This document shows, piece after piece, positions 44,937-54,592 of a stretch of DNA of 64,000 bases. The stretch's first letter is position 1, and every line of letters starts with the position of its first letter. The stretch lies in IMG/VR virus record IMGVR_UViG_3300042564_002819, positions 248,001 to 312,000 of that record. One strand, 5' to 3'. The position numbers and the translations under genes were made by a program. The notes under the pieces were generated by a model. That model made no database searches and had not been told where the DNA came from. It was given only the letters and a program-made list of their open reading frames with translations.

Positions 44937-45012
44937 GCCTTCGTAGCTCAACTGGAAGAGCAAGGGATTTCTACTCCCTAGGTTGTGGGTTCGACTCCTG
45001 CCGGGGGCACCA
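44937..45012 (+). tRNA. tRNA-Arg(TCT)
   Basis: GCCTTCG/CGGGGGC; AGGGA-TTTCTAC-TCCCT; CCA. Confidence 0.92.
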
Positions 45013-45021
45013 AAAAAGCTG

Positions 45022-45050
45022 TTGACACAGACTTGGCACTATGCTACAAC
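45022..45050 (+). promoter_or_regulatory. Sigma70-type promoter
   Basis: TTGACA-N17-TACAAC with extended -10. Confidence 0.65.
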
Positions 45051-45067
45051 AAGTTATTGAATAACAC

Positions 45068-45472
45068 ATGAGGAACACTGAGATGAAGACTGCTTACAAG
45101 AACCGTGACGGCGAATGGGTTGTGGCCGAGCAGATCAAGATGAGCCGGTATGACCTTGAAGGTTCGGTAGATTCGATTAAGGCTGCACTGGACGAGGTTC
45201 GCGACCGTGCTACCGCAATGGGTATGGTGGGTGAAGGCACTGTTGACATCAGCCTGAACCGCGGCTTCTACTCGGACGACTACGAAATAGAAGTGGAATA
45301 CTCCTTCACTCGGTATGAATACCCTGTGGAGATGGAGCGGCGTTTGGAGCGTGAGGCCAAGGATAAGGCTGCGGCTGCTGCCAAGCGTAAGGAAGCCGCC
45401 CAGAAGCGGAAACTCAAGAACGATCCTGAGTATGTGGAGTTTGAACGGCTCCGGGCCAAGTTTGGTGGTTGA
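45068..45472 (+). CDS. Hypothetical protein (GC-richer)
   Basis: ORF after promoter; charged C-terminal helix. Confidence 0.7.
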   Translation: MRNTEMKTAYKNRDGEWVVAEQIKMSRYDLEGSVDSIKAALDEVRDRATAMGMVGEGTVDISLNRGFYSDDYEIEVEYSFTRYEYPVEMERRLEREAKDKAAAAAKRKEAAQKRKLKNDPEYVEFERLRAKFGG

Positions 45473-45497
45473 CAACACTCTCCTGCTGTGCTATAAC
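45469..45497 (+). promoter_or_regulatory. Sigma70-type promoter
   Basis: TTGACA-N17-TATAAC with extended -10. Confidence 0.75.
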
Positions 45498-45528
45498 AAC
45501 AGCATAGGGCAACACGAGGAGAAATCAA

Positions 45529-45876
45529 ATGCCTTGTAGAGTCAACGACGAAGACTGGAAACCGCGTAAAGAAACCCGCCACGGGATGGATATCGAATCT
45601 TTCGAAGCTACACTTTGCGGCGTCTTCACTGCTGCAGAGGAAGGCGCCTTTGCGCCTACGGTTGTTGGCGGAGTTGATGGCTTGCTGGATGTGATCGACT
45701 GGAAAGAAGCCGGAGTGAAACGCAAGACCGTTGAAGCATGGTGGAAGCGGCATAAGGCAGAAGATGCTGCCCGCCTTGCTCGCGAATCTGCTGAACGGCG
45801 TAAGGCTGAACTCAAGCGGATTGCGATCGGCAAACTCACTGCAGAAGAACTGGAAGTGTTGGGGATCAAACTCTAA
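45529..45876 (+). CDS. Hypothetical protein
   Basis: GAGGAG SD; MPC start, WW..H...D..R, KLT.EE..VLG. Confidence 0.75.
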   Translation: MPCRVNDEDWKPRKETRHGMDIESFEATLCGVFTAAEEGAFAPTVVGGVDGLLDVIDWKEAGVKRKTVEAWWKRHKAEDAARLARESAERRKAELKRIAIGKLTAEELEVLGIKL

Positions 45877-45886
45877 CACTTTCTGG

Positions 45887-45915
45887 TTGACATCCTACCT
45901 ACACCGTGCTATGTA
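45887..45915 (+). promoter_or_regulatory. Sigma70-type promoter
   Basis: TTGACA-N17-TATGTA with extended -10. Confidence 0.65.
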
Positions 45916-45947
45916 TATTGTATAGGGCAACAAGAGGACAACCACAG

Positions 45948-46199
45948 ATGCCGAATCCTGCTACTGCTCCCCGTGACGAATTGAACGAGTTTACTCGCTC
46001 TGTATGGCTGCTTGGTAACAGCAACTGGGGTAATCACGGTGTACGTCTTCGGAACGGGTTGATTGTCAAACCGATCTACAAGCCCGCAGAAGACGAGACC
46101 AGTGAAGATGCATTCTTCACCGAAGACTATGAATACTGCTGGAACCTGGACGGCACTTCGGTAACCCGCAGGGACTTTGATATGATGGAGATCGTGTGA
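45948..46199 (+). CDS. Hypothetical protein
   Basis: GAGGA SD then ATG 45948. Confidence 0.7.
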   Translation: MPNPATAPRDELNEFTRSVWLLGNSNWGNHGVRLRNGLIVKPIYKPAEDETSEDAFFTEDYEYCWNLDGTSVTRRDFDMMEIV

Positions 46200-46200
46200 T

Positions 46201-46608
46201 ATGATCAGAGACCTATTCGTTCCTGTGGCTGAACTGCTGTTCTGGTTCACCGGCGGAGAACTACTGCTGAATACCTGGTGGTTCTTTGTGTGGGTTGTTG
46301 GTGGTGCGTTCCTTGTAACCTTGCCGCTGTGGTTAGGTATGCGTCTGGCCAGACGTGGTAGTAACCTCAAGTGGATACCTGGCACACTCTTCCTAGTCGG
46401 CTTCTTCCCTGCCTTACTGCTGATCACCAGCCCAGGCATCATCCAAGCCGACTTGATGGAAGAATGCCTACCCGTCCAGACCGTAACAGTGGATACCGCA
46501 CAGGTCAAAGGTATTGAAGTTCGAGTTCGCCAGTGTCGCTTCAAGGCCAACTACTATGACAAAAATTATGGTGAATGGCAAGCCTGGGCGGTTGACCGGC
46601 ACCAATAA
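46201..46608 (+). CDS. Membrane protein
   Basis: GGAG SD; two to three hydrophobic helices. Confidence 0.7.
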   Translation: MIRDLFVPVAELLFWFTGGELLLNTWWFFVWVVGGAFLVTLPLWLGMRLARRGSNLKWIPGTLFLVGFFPALLLITSPGIIQADLMEECLPVQTVTVDTAQVKGIEVRVRQCRFKANYYDKNYGEWQAWAVDRHQ

Positions 46609-46624
46609 CTGTATTATAAGCTGC

Positions 46625-46880
46625 ATAAGGAGAGACCGGCAACTTGTGTAGTGCATGTAGTGACGACTTGCGGATAACAGGTGGGATCGTGACATGTTGT
46701 AAATCTTTATGTAAGGGGTCGACACTTTATATAGAGAGAACGCTGCATACGCTGTGGGACCTCGGCGTATCATTAAGGTGATCAAATCACGCAGGGGTAA
46801 AAGCCCTAATGAGGGGTCCTAGGAATTAAAGGAAATACTGTGAGATATAGAAAGTTTTACGACGACTTCTAGGCTATAAC
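46625..46880 (+). ncRNA. Candidate structured ncRNA or long 5' leader
   Basis: Gap of about 285 nt after TTGACC-N17-TATAAG with many nested helices. Confidence 0.45.
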
Positions 46881-46893
46881 CTAGGAGAATCAA

Positions 46894-47100
46894 ATGGCAA
46901 AATCACCTGTTTACGGCAGAGGCCGTAATCGTAAACATAGAGGGCACCGCGGCCCTGTTCACGCTGCGGCTGCTAACATCAATATGCGTGGCAAAAAAAG
47001 CAAACCTGACCACTGCTGGTGCTGTATTTGTATTGACATGCGTGAAGATATCTTGTATCGTATACACAAGAAGGAGATGAGAGATGAAAGAGACACGTAA
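46894..47100 (+). CDS. Small basic Cys-cluster protein
   Basis: AGGAG SD; R/K-rich N-terminus; HCWCCIC. Confidence 0.65.
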   Translation: MAKSPVYGRGRNRKHRGHRGPVHAAAANINMRGKKSKPDHCWCCICIDMREDILYRIHKKEMRDERDT

Positions 47101-47608
47101 GTATCTAGTATTTTTAGACATTGACGGCGTTTTTACTAGCTCTCGTGTTCACTTTGCACACGCTGCTGCTTATGAAATGTGGCACAGATTTGATCCTGTA
47201 GCAGTTGATTTTATGAACAAGATTCATGACAGATATCCTGTGGAGTTTGTGATCATGAGTACTTGGAAGGACAACCTTCGCAGTGACGATAACAACGTAA
47301 AACACTGGGTTCATGCTGCGTTTGGCAACAGTGGCTTTCGTGGGCAACTTGCTACACCTTGGAAAACAGATCCTGACAACGTCATCTGGCAGCGTAAAGG
47401 TGCAAATGATCGTGCCTACGAAGTAAAAGAATATTTAGAACTATACGCAACAGATATAAAAGATTACATTTTGTTTGATGATAATCGCTATCAATTCAAA
47501 GAAGTGCTAGGCGTTAATCGCCTAGTTCATACAGATCACGAAAATGGTCTGTTATACAAGCATATGCTAAATGCTCATAGTTTGATGGGACAGTGGCACG
47601 AGCGGTGA
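47084..47608 (+). CDS. HAD phosphatase of the Swiss-army-knife RNA-repair type
   Basis: VFLDIDGV, STW, YILFDD, GL. Confidence 0.8.
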   Translation: MKETRKYLVFLDIDGVFTSSRVHFAHAAAYEMWHRFDPVAVDFMNKIHDRYPVEFVIMSTWKDNLRSDDNNVKHWVHAAFGNSGFRGQLATPWKTDPDNVIWQRKGANDRAYEVKEYLELYATDIKDYILFDDNRYQFKEVLGVNRLVHTDHENGLLYKHMLNAHSLMGQWHER

Positions 47609-47640
47609 CATCGCTCGGAATAATAACAAAGGAAACAGAG

Positions 47641-47850
47641 ATGACTAAAGAACAAGTTTTAAAATCGCTACCCACGTTTAAATTGCTGGCATGGGGAGAA
47701 ACCGCAGAAACCAGCGGCAATGGAAAATATGTGCATTTTGATGCAAAAGAATCTAGTACACGTATCTTTACTATTGAAGCAATTCTTGCAGAACTAGATA
47801 AGCGTGACGACAATCCTAACCGAGATTCTAGAAAAAAGAAGAAAAAATGA
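47641..47850 (+). CDS. Hypothetical protein
   Basis: AAGGA SD then ATG 47641. Confidence 0.6.
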   Translation: MTKEQVLKSLPTFKLLAWGETAETSGNGKYVHFDAKESSTRIFTIEAILAELDKRDDNPNRDSRKKKKK

Positions 47851-47933
47851 TTAAGTTGCATATTGCTAATTTGGTTAATATTTTGTTATCCAAATTGCAA
47901 GAGATATTGTATAATAGATTAATAAATTAAAGT

Positions 47934-48506
47934 ATGTGTAAGTTAGTTTTTGTTTATAGTTCTATGAATTCCGGTAAAAGCCTAGCTGTTCTTACCAAAA
48001 ATTATATGTTAAAAGAAAAAGGTTTTAAGACTGTGCTCATGAAGCCGGCAGTTGATACTAGGACTGCGGCAACTGTGGCTACACGCTTAGGCTTAGAAGA
48101 GCCCTGTGTTGTACTAGGAACAACTGATTTGCCTAGTCATACTATACTAAAATCAGCACACGACAAGCCTGATTTTATTATTGTTGACGAAGCACAGTTT
48201 TTAACAAGCGAACAAGTTTGGGACCTAGCTGGCTTAGTCGACAACTGGGGCATAAACGTGTATTGCTATGGTCTACGACTTAACTGGCAAGGAGAGTTTT
48301 TTACAGGATCGGAAGCACTGATGAAAATTGCTGATGTGCTAGAACCAATCGAAAACTTCTGTCAAATAAATAAAGGAGCACTAGCATTCTTTCATATTAA
48401 AAAAGCAGGTGGCGATAATCCTGTAGAAGTTGGAATGGAAGACATGTATGACACTGCGTCTAGAAAAGCCTGGAAGCAGTGGTATGACACAAAAAGGCCT
48501 CTGTAG
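47934..48506 (+). CDS. tdk: Thymidine kinase
   Basis: YSSMNSGKS, KPAVDTR, VDEAQFL, CYGLR. Confidence 0.93.
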   Translation: MCKLVFVYSSMNSGKSLAVLTKNYMLKEKGFKTVLMKPAVDTRTAATVATRLGLEEPCVVLGTTDLPSHTILKSAHDKPDFIIVDEAQFLTSEQVWDLAGLVDNWGINVYCYGLRLNWQGEFFTGSEALMKIADVLEPIENFCQINKGALAFFHIKKAGGDNPVEVGMEDMYDTASRKAWKQWYDTKRPL

Positions 48507-48572
48507 CTCAATGGATAGAGCAGCAGACTTCGAATCTGTAGGTTGGGCGTTCGAGTCGCTCCAGGGGTACCA
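48497..48572 (+). tRNA. tRNA-Arg(TCG)
   Basis: GCCTCTG/CAGGGGT; GCAGA-CTTCGAA-TCTGT; CCA; overlaps the tdk stop. Confidence 0.9.
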
Positions 48573-48634
48573 AAATAACACTTGATCTCTTACTTTGCAT
48601 AGTGTAAGCTGTAAGTATAGTAAAGGAGAATCAA

Positions 48635-48814
48635 ATGTGGAAACTTTATATTATGGAATCTGAACGCGGTTGGGGTCAACGAGTTGACGAAATACTAAAG
48701 TTCGACACGTATGAAGAGGCCGATAAATACAAAAAAGAATTTAACAGTAAAAACAATCTTCCTGAAGTGCCTGATTGGTACATGTATGCAGATGGACCTG
48801 TTAAAGTAGATTAA
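48635..48814 (+). CDS. Small hypothetical protein (59 aa)
   Basis: AAGGAG SD; MESERGWGQR...VPDWY; not in track. Confidence 0.7.
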   Translation: MWKLYIMESERGWGQRVDEILKFDTYEEADKYKKEFNSKNNLPEVPDWYMYADGPVKVD

Positions 48815-48898
48815 GTCGCTGTGGTGTAATGGTAGCCACGACAGCTTGAGGTGCTGTTGCCGCAAGGCGTGGGAGTTCGAATCTCCCCAGCGACACCA
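48815..48898 (+). tRNA. tRNA-Leu(GAG)
   Basis: GTCGCTG/CAGCGAC; ACAGC-TTGAGGT-GCTGT; long variable arm; CCA. Confidence 0.92.
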
Positions 48899-48914
48899 AT
48901 TTTAAGGAATAAAA

Positions 48915-49565
48915 ATGGCTCTAACTAGATTAATTGGCGACATTCATGGAATGGTAAATGACTACAAGGCCTATTCTATTGGGGATTTTAGTGGTCCTAC
49001 AATTCAACTTGGCGACTTTGGAGTTGGGTTCGGTCAAAATGATTACTGGTATGAAAGCATTAATTCTTTTCATAAAGCAGGCAACCATCGGTTTATTCGT
49101 GGTAATCATGATAATCCTGCTCTGTGCAAAACTATGGACGGATACATTACAGACGGTAGCATTGAGAATGATGTAATGTTTATTGGTGGTGCTTGGAGCA
49201 TCGATAATCCTAATGCACCTCCGGGTTGGTATAAGCGTACAAAGGACTATGACTGGTGGGAGGAAGAAGAACTCAGCAGTGACGAACTTGAACGTATGAT
49301 TGATATCTATGCTGTAGTTAAACCACGTGTGATGATTACACATGATTGTCCTAACATTATCAGCAGACAGATGTTTTTCAACAGTGGATTTCTAAAAGGT
49401 CCTGAATACCCCAACCGTACAAGTGCTGCGTTTACTCGTATGTTGGATATTCATCAACCCGACGAATGGTACTTTGGACACTGGCATTTTACAATGCAAT
49501 ACAAATACGGACGCACACTATTTCACTGTCTTGGTGAACTAGATTACGTAGACGTAGAACTTTAA
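48915..49565 (+). CDS. Calcineurin-like metallophosphoesterase
   Basis: GDIHG, GDFG, RGNHD, THDCP, FGHWH. Confidence 0.9.
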   Translation: MALTRLIGDIHGMVNDYKAYSIGDFSGPTIQLGDFGVGFGQNDYWYESINSFHKAGNHRFIRGNHDNPALCKTMDGYITDGSIENDVMFIGGAWSIDNPNAPPGWYKRTKDYDWWEEEELSSDELERMIDIYAVVKPRVMITHDCPNIISRQMFFNSGFLKGPEYPNRTSAAFTRMLDIHQPDEWYFGHWHFTMQYKYGRTLFHCLGELDYVDVEL

Positions 49566-49630
49566 GGTTGATGTTCTGTTGTGTACTTGCTATAATGCAA
49601 GTCACAACAGCACATTGAAAGAATCTTAAA

Positions 49631-49954
49631 ATGTCGGAAACTACGTATAAATTTACTATCGGAGATGAAGGCATGGTTATTTCGGCTAGCTACGATACTG
49701 GTTGGAATGACAGTCTCAATTGTGGCGGCGTTGGCGGCTGGTCCGGAGTTATTAATAGTAACAGCGGAACATACGAATTTTACATGAAAAGTATTAAAAG
49801 TCTAAACGGCCTTGCTGTAAAAAGTAATGGAAAGGACTTTTGGACCGAGTATTACAATTCTAGCAGAGGTGTAGATGGATACACCGTGACTATCGAAGAT
49901 AACACTATTACTGTTATTGCAAATGAACCTCAATCTTTTCCATGGTGGAAATAA
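49631..49954 (+). CDS. Hypothetical protein
   Basis: ORF after TGCTATAAT promoter element. Confidence 0.65.
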   Translation: MSETTYKFTIGDEGMVISASYDTGWNDSLNCGGVGGWSGVINSNSGTYEFYMKSIKSLNGLAVKSNGKDFWTEYYNSSRGVDGYTVTIEDNTITVIANEPQSFPWWK

Positions 49955-49966
49955 AGGAAAAACAAA

Positions 49967-50203
49967 ATGACTTATATGGCTACATTGTGGTATGCTGGTG
50001 CTGTGGTTATGCAACTAGGTTCGGAAGGACAAAATCTTAATGATTGTGAAATGTTAAAAACTATGATGATCACTGACATTGAACAAACATATTCCGATCC
50101 TAGTAAAATTGATGAACTTTCTAAATCAATTTTTCCTACAAACCAGTTTGAAGTAACCTGTGAAACACAGTTGCTTGCAGTTGATGAGAAATACAAAAAA
50201 TGA
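49967..50203 (+). CDS. Hypothetical protein
   Basis: AAGGA SD. Confidence 0.65.
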   Translation: MTYMATLWYAGAVVMQLGSEGQNLNDCEMLKTMMITDIEQTYSDPSKIDELSKSIFPTNQFEVTCETQLLAVDEKYKK

Positions 50204-50592
50204 CATCTAAACTTTATATTGTTATGCGGCGTGATCTGTGGGATATGAACCCAGGCAAGGCTATGGCACAGGCTGCTCATGCTCAAGCAGACTTTGACCT
50301 GTATATGTTTGCTGATCCTAAAGCTGCAAAAAGCAAAGAAATTGCAGATGCTGTAATAGCATGGCGTGAAGATAGGCATTTTGGCACTACGCTAGTGCTG
50401 CACGAACCAGTGGATACATTTGACAAGATTTCAATGAATGTAGCACATTGGGGCTACGTTACTGATCCTACATATCCGTACCGTAACTATTACGGTGAAG
50501 TGTTTCTTCGTAGCGAAGTTACCTGTATGTGGGTATTTGCCTACACTGAAGCAGAACTAAAATATATGAGTCAATTTGATCTTCACCGTTGA
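50200..50592 (+). CDS. Peptidyl-tRNA hydrolase 2-like protein
   Basis: KLYIVMRRDL..MNPGKAMAQAAHA. Confidence 0.7.
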   Translation: MTSKLYIVMRRDLWDMNPGKAMAQAAHAQADFDLYMFADPKAAKSKEIADAVIAWREDRHFGTTLVLHEPVDTFDKISMNVAHWGYVTDPTYPYRNYYGEVFLRSEVTCMWVFAYTEAELKYMSQFDLHR

Positions 50593-50617
50593 CCTTAGGT
50601 CAGCTTGATGCTATGTT
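50589..50617 (+). promoter_or_regulatory. Sigma70-type promoter of rIIA
   Basis: TTGACC-N17-TATGTT with extended -10. Confidence 0.65.
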
Positions 50618-50649
50618 ACATACACAGAGAAACAACTTAGGCACAAAAC

Positions 50650-52788
50650 ATGATTATTAATTCAACTCCGGACAATATTGCAACTCTTGGCAACATTGAT
50701 CAAGTCAGCGAATTTAAAATTCGCAACAGTGCAAAGGCATTTGGCATTCTTTCGAGTGGGCTTTATGCAAACAAAATTCGAGCAATCATTCGAGAACTAA
50801 GCTGCAATGCTGTTGATAGCCATGTTGCAGCTGGCATTCCTGATATTACTTTTGACGTGCATCTTCCTACTCCGCTTCGTCCGTACTTTTCTATTCGCGA
50901 CTACGGAACCGGTTTGAGCCACGATCAAGTCCTCAATATCTACACCACTTACTTCGAAAGCACCAAAACTAACAGCAACGACTTTATCGGTGCATTGGGT
51001 CTTGGATCAAAAAGTCCTTTTAGCTATACTGACAATTTTACTGTCATTGCAATTAAAGATGGCAAAAAAGGTGTTTACAGTGCATTTATCAACGACAACG
51101 GTGTTCCTGCTGTTGCTGTGATGGGCCAAGGAGATACCGAAGAACCTGCTGGTGTTGAAGTTAAATTTGCAGTTACTGACAGCGACGACTTTCACAAGTT
51201 TAAGTACGAAGCAGAACAAGTTTATCGTTATTTTGCACTTAAGCCTAATTTTACTGGTGCAGAAGTTAAACTTACTGCCGTTGAGTACTCTGTTGAAAAC
51301 GTTATTAATAATGTTCATCAACGTGCAGATGTTGACTATCGTAGCGGTCGTACAAATCGTGCAATTATGGGCAATATTGAGTATCCTATCGAGCTTCCAC
51401 GTAAAAATACAGAACTCGGAGAACTAAGCCACATTGATAACAATAGTCTTGATCTGTTTTTTGAAATCGGTGATTTGGATTTCCAAGCAAGCCGCGAAGG
51501 GTTGCAGTATACTGAAAAGACTATTGCATCTATTTTGGCAAAATATCGCGAAATTTCAGATGTTCTTGCAGAAAAGTTTGCCAAGGAAACCGCAGGCATT
51601 AAAAATAAATGGGAACTTGCAAGGTTTGTAGTCAATCAATGCAATAGCCAATTGTGGTCTACTGCTGCAAGACAGTATGTTAGCAAACATAAAGTTCCGT
51701 TTGTTCACTGCTATTCACACGGTCACGCATATCTAACTGCTGCCGATGTATCAATCAAGGTCATCGAAGAACAGTTCAATATTTCTGTACGAGCTTTCAC
51801 AGTCGACGACGGATACAGCGTAGATCGTACTTCTAGTGAAGTTAAGCCTAGCTATAGTCAGACTTTCTCAGTTTGCCCAAGCCAAAACATGAAATTTGTA
51901 AAAAACCCTGAGAATAAAAAAATCTGGGAACAAAGTAAGTATCACTTCAAGACGCAGACTGAGGGTAAACATCTTGTGTGGGTATTGTATGCCAAGGATC
52001 CTGCTAAGCCTGTGCTGTTTGACAAGTTTTTTAAGTTCATTTACGATCCTCCCGAAAACAGTATTTTTGAAGTAGAGAATCTTGTTAAGAAAGAAGTTAA
52101 ACAACGGCAAAAACAAAACAGAAAGATTTCTACTCTGCGTCTTGCTTATCGTCAAAGTAGTTATAAGGACGAGTGTGTTTGGGAGCCTTATGTTCTCGAT
52201 CAGACCCAACAACAGACTGAAACCAACTATTATGTTCCGATCAAAGGTTACCAGGCGTTTGACCGTAATAATCAACCTATTGACATCAAGCAGTATTATA
52301 TGCAACTGATGAAAAGTAAGAAAAAGGAATTTCACAAGCTTCGAGTGTTTGGTGTTCGCCAGGACGACATTCCTGTTGTCGAAAGCCAAAGTAATTGGAT
52401 TTTGCTGGATGACTTTCTTGCAGTTGAACTTGGACGGGTTACTAAAGAAGATTTCTTTGGAATGATTGTTGCTTCGGTTGACAAGAATAATTCAAGAATG
52501 TATACTTCAGAAAGGATCATGAAAAACTTAGATCCTAGCAGTCCGTTTGTACTGTTTGGTTCTAAGGCAACTACGGCAGAAAATAACACACTTCATTATC
52601 TTGCTGACTTGTGTAAAATTTATGCACCTGCGGTAGACGTAGAAAATCTTAAAAATGAGGCAAAAGCTGAAATGGAAAAGATTCAAACACGCTATCCTAT
52701 GTTAAAACTTCTCCGCAACGGTTATTACGACGACCCGGCTGTGGTAGAATATATCCAATTCGTCGATCAACACAAAGGATTGAACTAA
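50650..52788 (+). CDS. rIIA: RIIA-like protein
   Basis: GHKL motifs RELSCNAVDSH, IRDYGTG, GALGLGSKSPFSY; followed by rIIB. Confidence 0.9.
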   Translation: MIINSTPDNIATLGNIDQVSEFKIRNSAKAFGILSSGLYANKIRAIIRELSCNAVDSHVAAGIPDITFDVHLPTPLRPYFSIRDYGTGLSHDQVLNIYTTYFESTKTNSNDFIGALGLGSKSPFSYTDNFTVIAIKDGKKGVYSAFINDNGVPAVAVMGQGDTEEPAGVEVKFAVTDSDDFHKFKYEAEQVYRYFALKPNFTGAEVKLTAVEYSVENVINNVHQRADVDYRSGRTNRAIMGNIEYPIELPRKNTELGELSHIDNNSLDLFFEIGDLDFQASREGLQYTEKTIASILAKYREISDVLAEKFAKETAGIKNKWELARFVVNQCNSQLWSTAARQYVSKHKVPFVHCYSHGHAYLTAADVSIKVIEEQFNISVRAFTVDDGYSVDRTSSEVKPSYSQTFSVCPSQNMKFVKNPENKKIWEQSKYHFKTQTEGKHLVWVLYAKDPAKPVLFDKFFKFIYDPPENSIFEVENLVKKEVKQRQKQNRKISTLRLAYRQSSYKDECVWEPYVLDQTQQQTETNYYVPIKGYQAFDRNNQPIDIKQYYMQLMKSKKKEFHKLRVFGVRQDDIPVVESQSNWILLDDFLAVELGRVTKEDFFGMIVASVDKNNSRMYTSERIMKNLDPSSPFVLFGSKATTAENNTLHYLADLCKIYAPAVDVENLKNEAKAEMEKIQTRYPMLKLLRNGYYDDPAVVEYIQFVDQHKGLN

Positions 52789-53618
52789 TGTTTCCGTATA
52801 TGATTCAAGGCAATAACATTGTTGTAGTTATCGGTACTCAACCGCATACTATCAACAAAACCCATGTTGCATACGAAAAGGTCAAAAACGCTATTCGTAA
52901 TAACGACTGGGATACCGTAAAGAAAATTATCGACCCTGAGAAGGTTGTTCTCGATTATGGCAGCGGTCGTGTTGCTGTGCAAGGAGACAAGCTGTTCTGG
53001 GACGGTGTTGAAATGCACAACGCTCTGTCACGCCGCATGATTCAAATGCTGCAAGAAGACTTCCCGATTGAGCCGCTGGTTAAGTTTATGGAAAACCTCC
53101 ACGAAAACCCGAGCTTCCGTGCAGTTAACGAACTGTATGGCTTCCTTGAAAAGAACAGCCTGCCGATTACTCCGGACGGTCACTTCCTTGCTTACAAGAA
53201 GGTGCGTGACGACTTTATGGACGTACACTCGGGCACTGTGTCTAACAAGCCTGCTTATGCGTTTACGGACGAAGAAAAAGCTGCTATGCCGTTAACTTCG
53301 GGTAAGAAAAAAGAAGTTTCTGTTGCACTCGAAAATGGTGTAACTGTTATCTCGATGCCGCGTAACATGGTCAATGACGATAAGAATCAGACTTGCAGCG
53401 AAGGTTTGCACTTCTGCTCTAAAGAGTACTTGGGTCACTTCGGTGGTGAACGAATCGTGATCCTTAAAATTAACCCGCGTGATGTTGTTAGTATTCCTTC
53501 GGATTACAACAACAGCAAGGGTCGTGCTTGCCGTTACGAGATTGCTGGCGAACTTGGCGTTGATCCTGATACTGCATTTACTGCTGCTGTACAGGAAAAT
53601 GCTAACACAGAAGCATAA
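52788..53618 (+). CDS. rIIB: RIIB-like protein
   Basis: LPITPDGHFLAYK, CSEGLH, VVSIP.DYN..KGRACRY. Confidence 0.9.
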   Translation: MFPYMIQGNNIVVVIGTQPHTINKTHVAYEKVKNAIRNNDWDTVKKIIDPEKVVLDYGSGRVAVQGDKLFWDGVEMHNALSRRMIQMLQEDFPIEPLVKFMENLHENPSFRAVNELYGFLEKNSLPITPDGHFLAYKKVRDDFMDVHSGTVSNKPAYAFTDEEKAAMPLTSGKKKEVSVALENGVTVISMPRNMVNDDKNQTCSEGLHFCSKEYLGHFGGERIVILKINPRDVVSIPSDYNNSKGRACRYEIAGELGVDPDTAFTAAVQENANTEA

Positions 53619-53619
53619 T

Positions 53620-53745
53620 ATGAAATTAGCTATTGTAATGATAGTCTCGTACATCCCGTTTTTTTACGGGATGTACAAAATGTATAAAGAAGAACAAGCC
53701 GAAAAAAATAGCCATCGTCCTAAGTCTTCTTCTAAAAATACTTGA
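53620..53745 (+). CDS. Small membrane peptide
   Basis: ATG right after the rIIB stop; one TM. Confidence 0.45.
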   Translation: MKLAIVMIVSYIPFFYGMYKMYKEEQAEKNSHRPKSSSKNT

Positions 53746-53800
53746 CAAGCTTATTGTAGTTATATAGTGTATAAACAACGTAACACATAGAGGATTTAAA

Positions 53801-54244
53801 ATGTTAATCGTATTTGATATTGATGGAACACTGGCTAACATCGAGCATCGTTTGGACTATGTTCGTAGCAAGCCCAAGAACTGGGCTGCGTTTGATGCTG
53901 GCATTCCGAATGATAAAGTAAACGAGCCTGTAGCAGAAGCATTCCGCTCGCTGTCTGCATTTAACACTATCATTCTTGCGAGTGGGCGGAATGAGCGTAG
54001 TCGCTCTGCTACTGAAAAGTGGCTACAGAGCAATGGGTTTTATGAATACGAAAAACTCTACATGCGTAAGGCAGACGACTTTCGCGGTGACGACATTGTG
54101 AAGCAGGAAATCCTGGATCAAATCGTTGCTGACTACGGTAAGAAGCCGGACATGGTGTTCGACGACAGGCCTCGCGTGGTTCGCATGTGGCGTGATAACG
54201 GTATCTTTGTGTTTAACGTATACCAAGGTGAGGAGGACTTCTAA
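53801..54244 (+). CDS. Polynucleotide 3'-phosphatase (Pnkp HAD domain)
   Basis: FDIDGTLA, SGR, LYMR...DFR.D..VK, FDDRP.VV.MW. Confidence 0.88.
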   Translation: MLIVFDIDGTLANIEHRLDYVRSKPKNWAAFDAGIPNDKVNEPVAEAFRSLSAFNTIILASGRNERSRSATEKWLQSNGFYEYEKLYMRKADDFRGDDIVKQEILDQIVADYGKKPDMVFDDRPRVVRMWRDNGIFVFNVYQGEEDF

Positions 54245-54541
54245 ATGACCGAAAAAACTGTAGATGAACGTATTCGTCAGCATTACCAAGTAAATAAAGG
54301 CGAATGGCTTGTTGAAAAAGGCAAAGTGAAAGAGGCAAAGCTGCTGAAAGAAGCTTGCGAAACAATTGAACGTCTGCGTAATCAAGCTGCTAATTCTGAG
54401 CGTCTTTATTGGGAAATGCTTAGAAAAACAGAGGCAAAACAGTCTGAGCTTTCAAAGCGTGAAAAGGATATTGCAGAGCGTGAAGAAAAGTTTGAGGCTC
54501 GCAAGGCTTCTTTCATTCGAGATTTTGAAAAATGGGTGTAA
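54245..54541 (+). CDS. Coiled-coil hypothetical protein
   Basis: GAGGA SD. Confidence 0.65.
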   Translation: MTEKTVDERIRQHYQVNKGEWLVEKGKVKEAKLLKEACETIERLRNQAANSERLYWEMLRKTEAKQSELSKREKDIAEREEKFEARKASFIRDFEKWV

Positions 54542-54592
54542 GCTAAAGCATATACTATGATTGCATAGCATTAATGCTATTTTAAAGCCTGG

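Noticed and set aside
45044-46550. Long minus-strand ORFs (144, 199 and 213 aa)
   Set aside because: Antisense shadows of GC-richer plus-strand genes that have promoters and SDs
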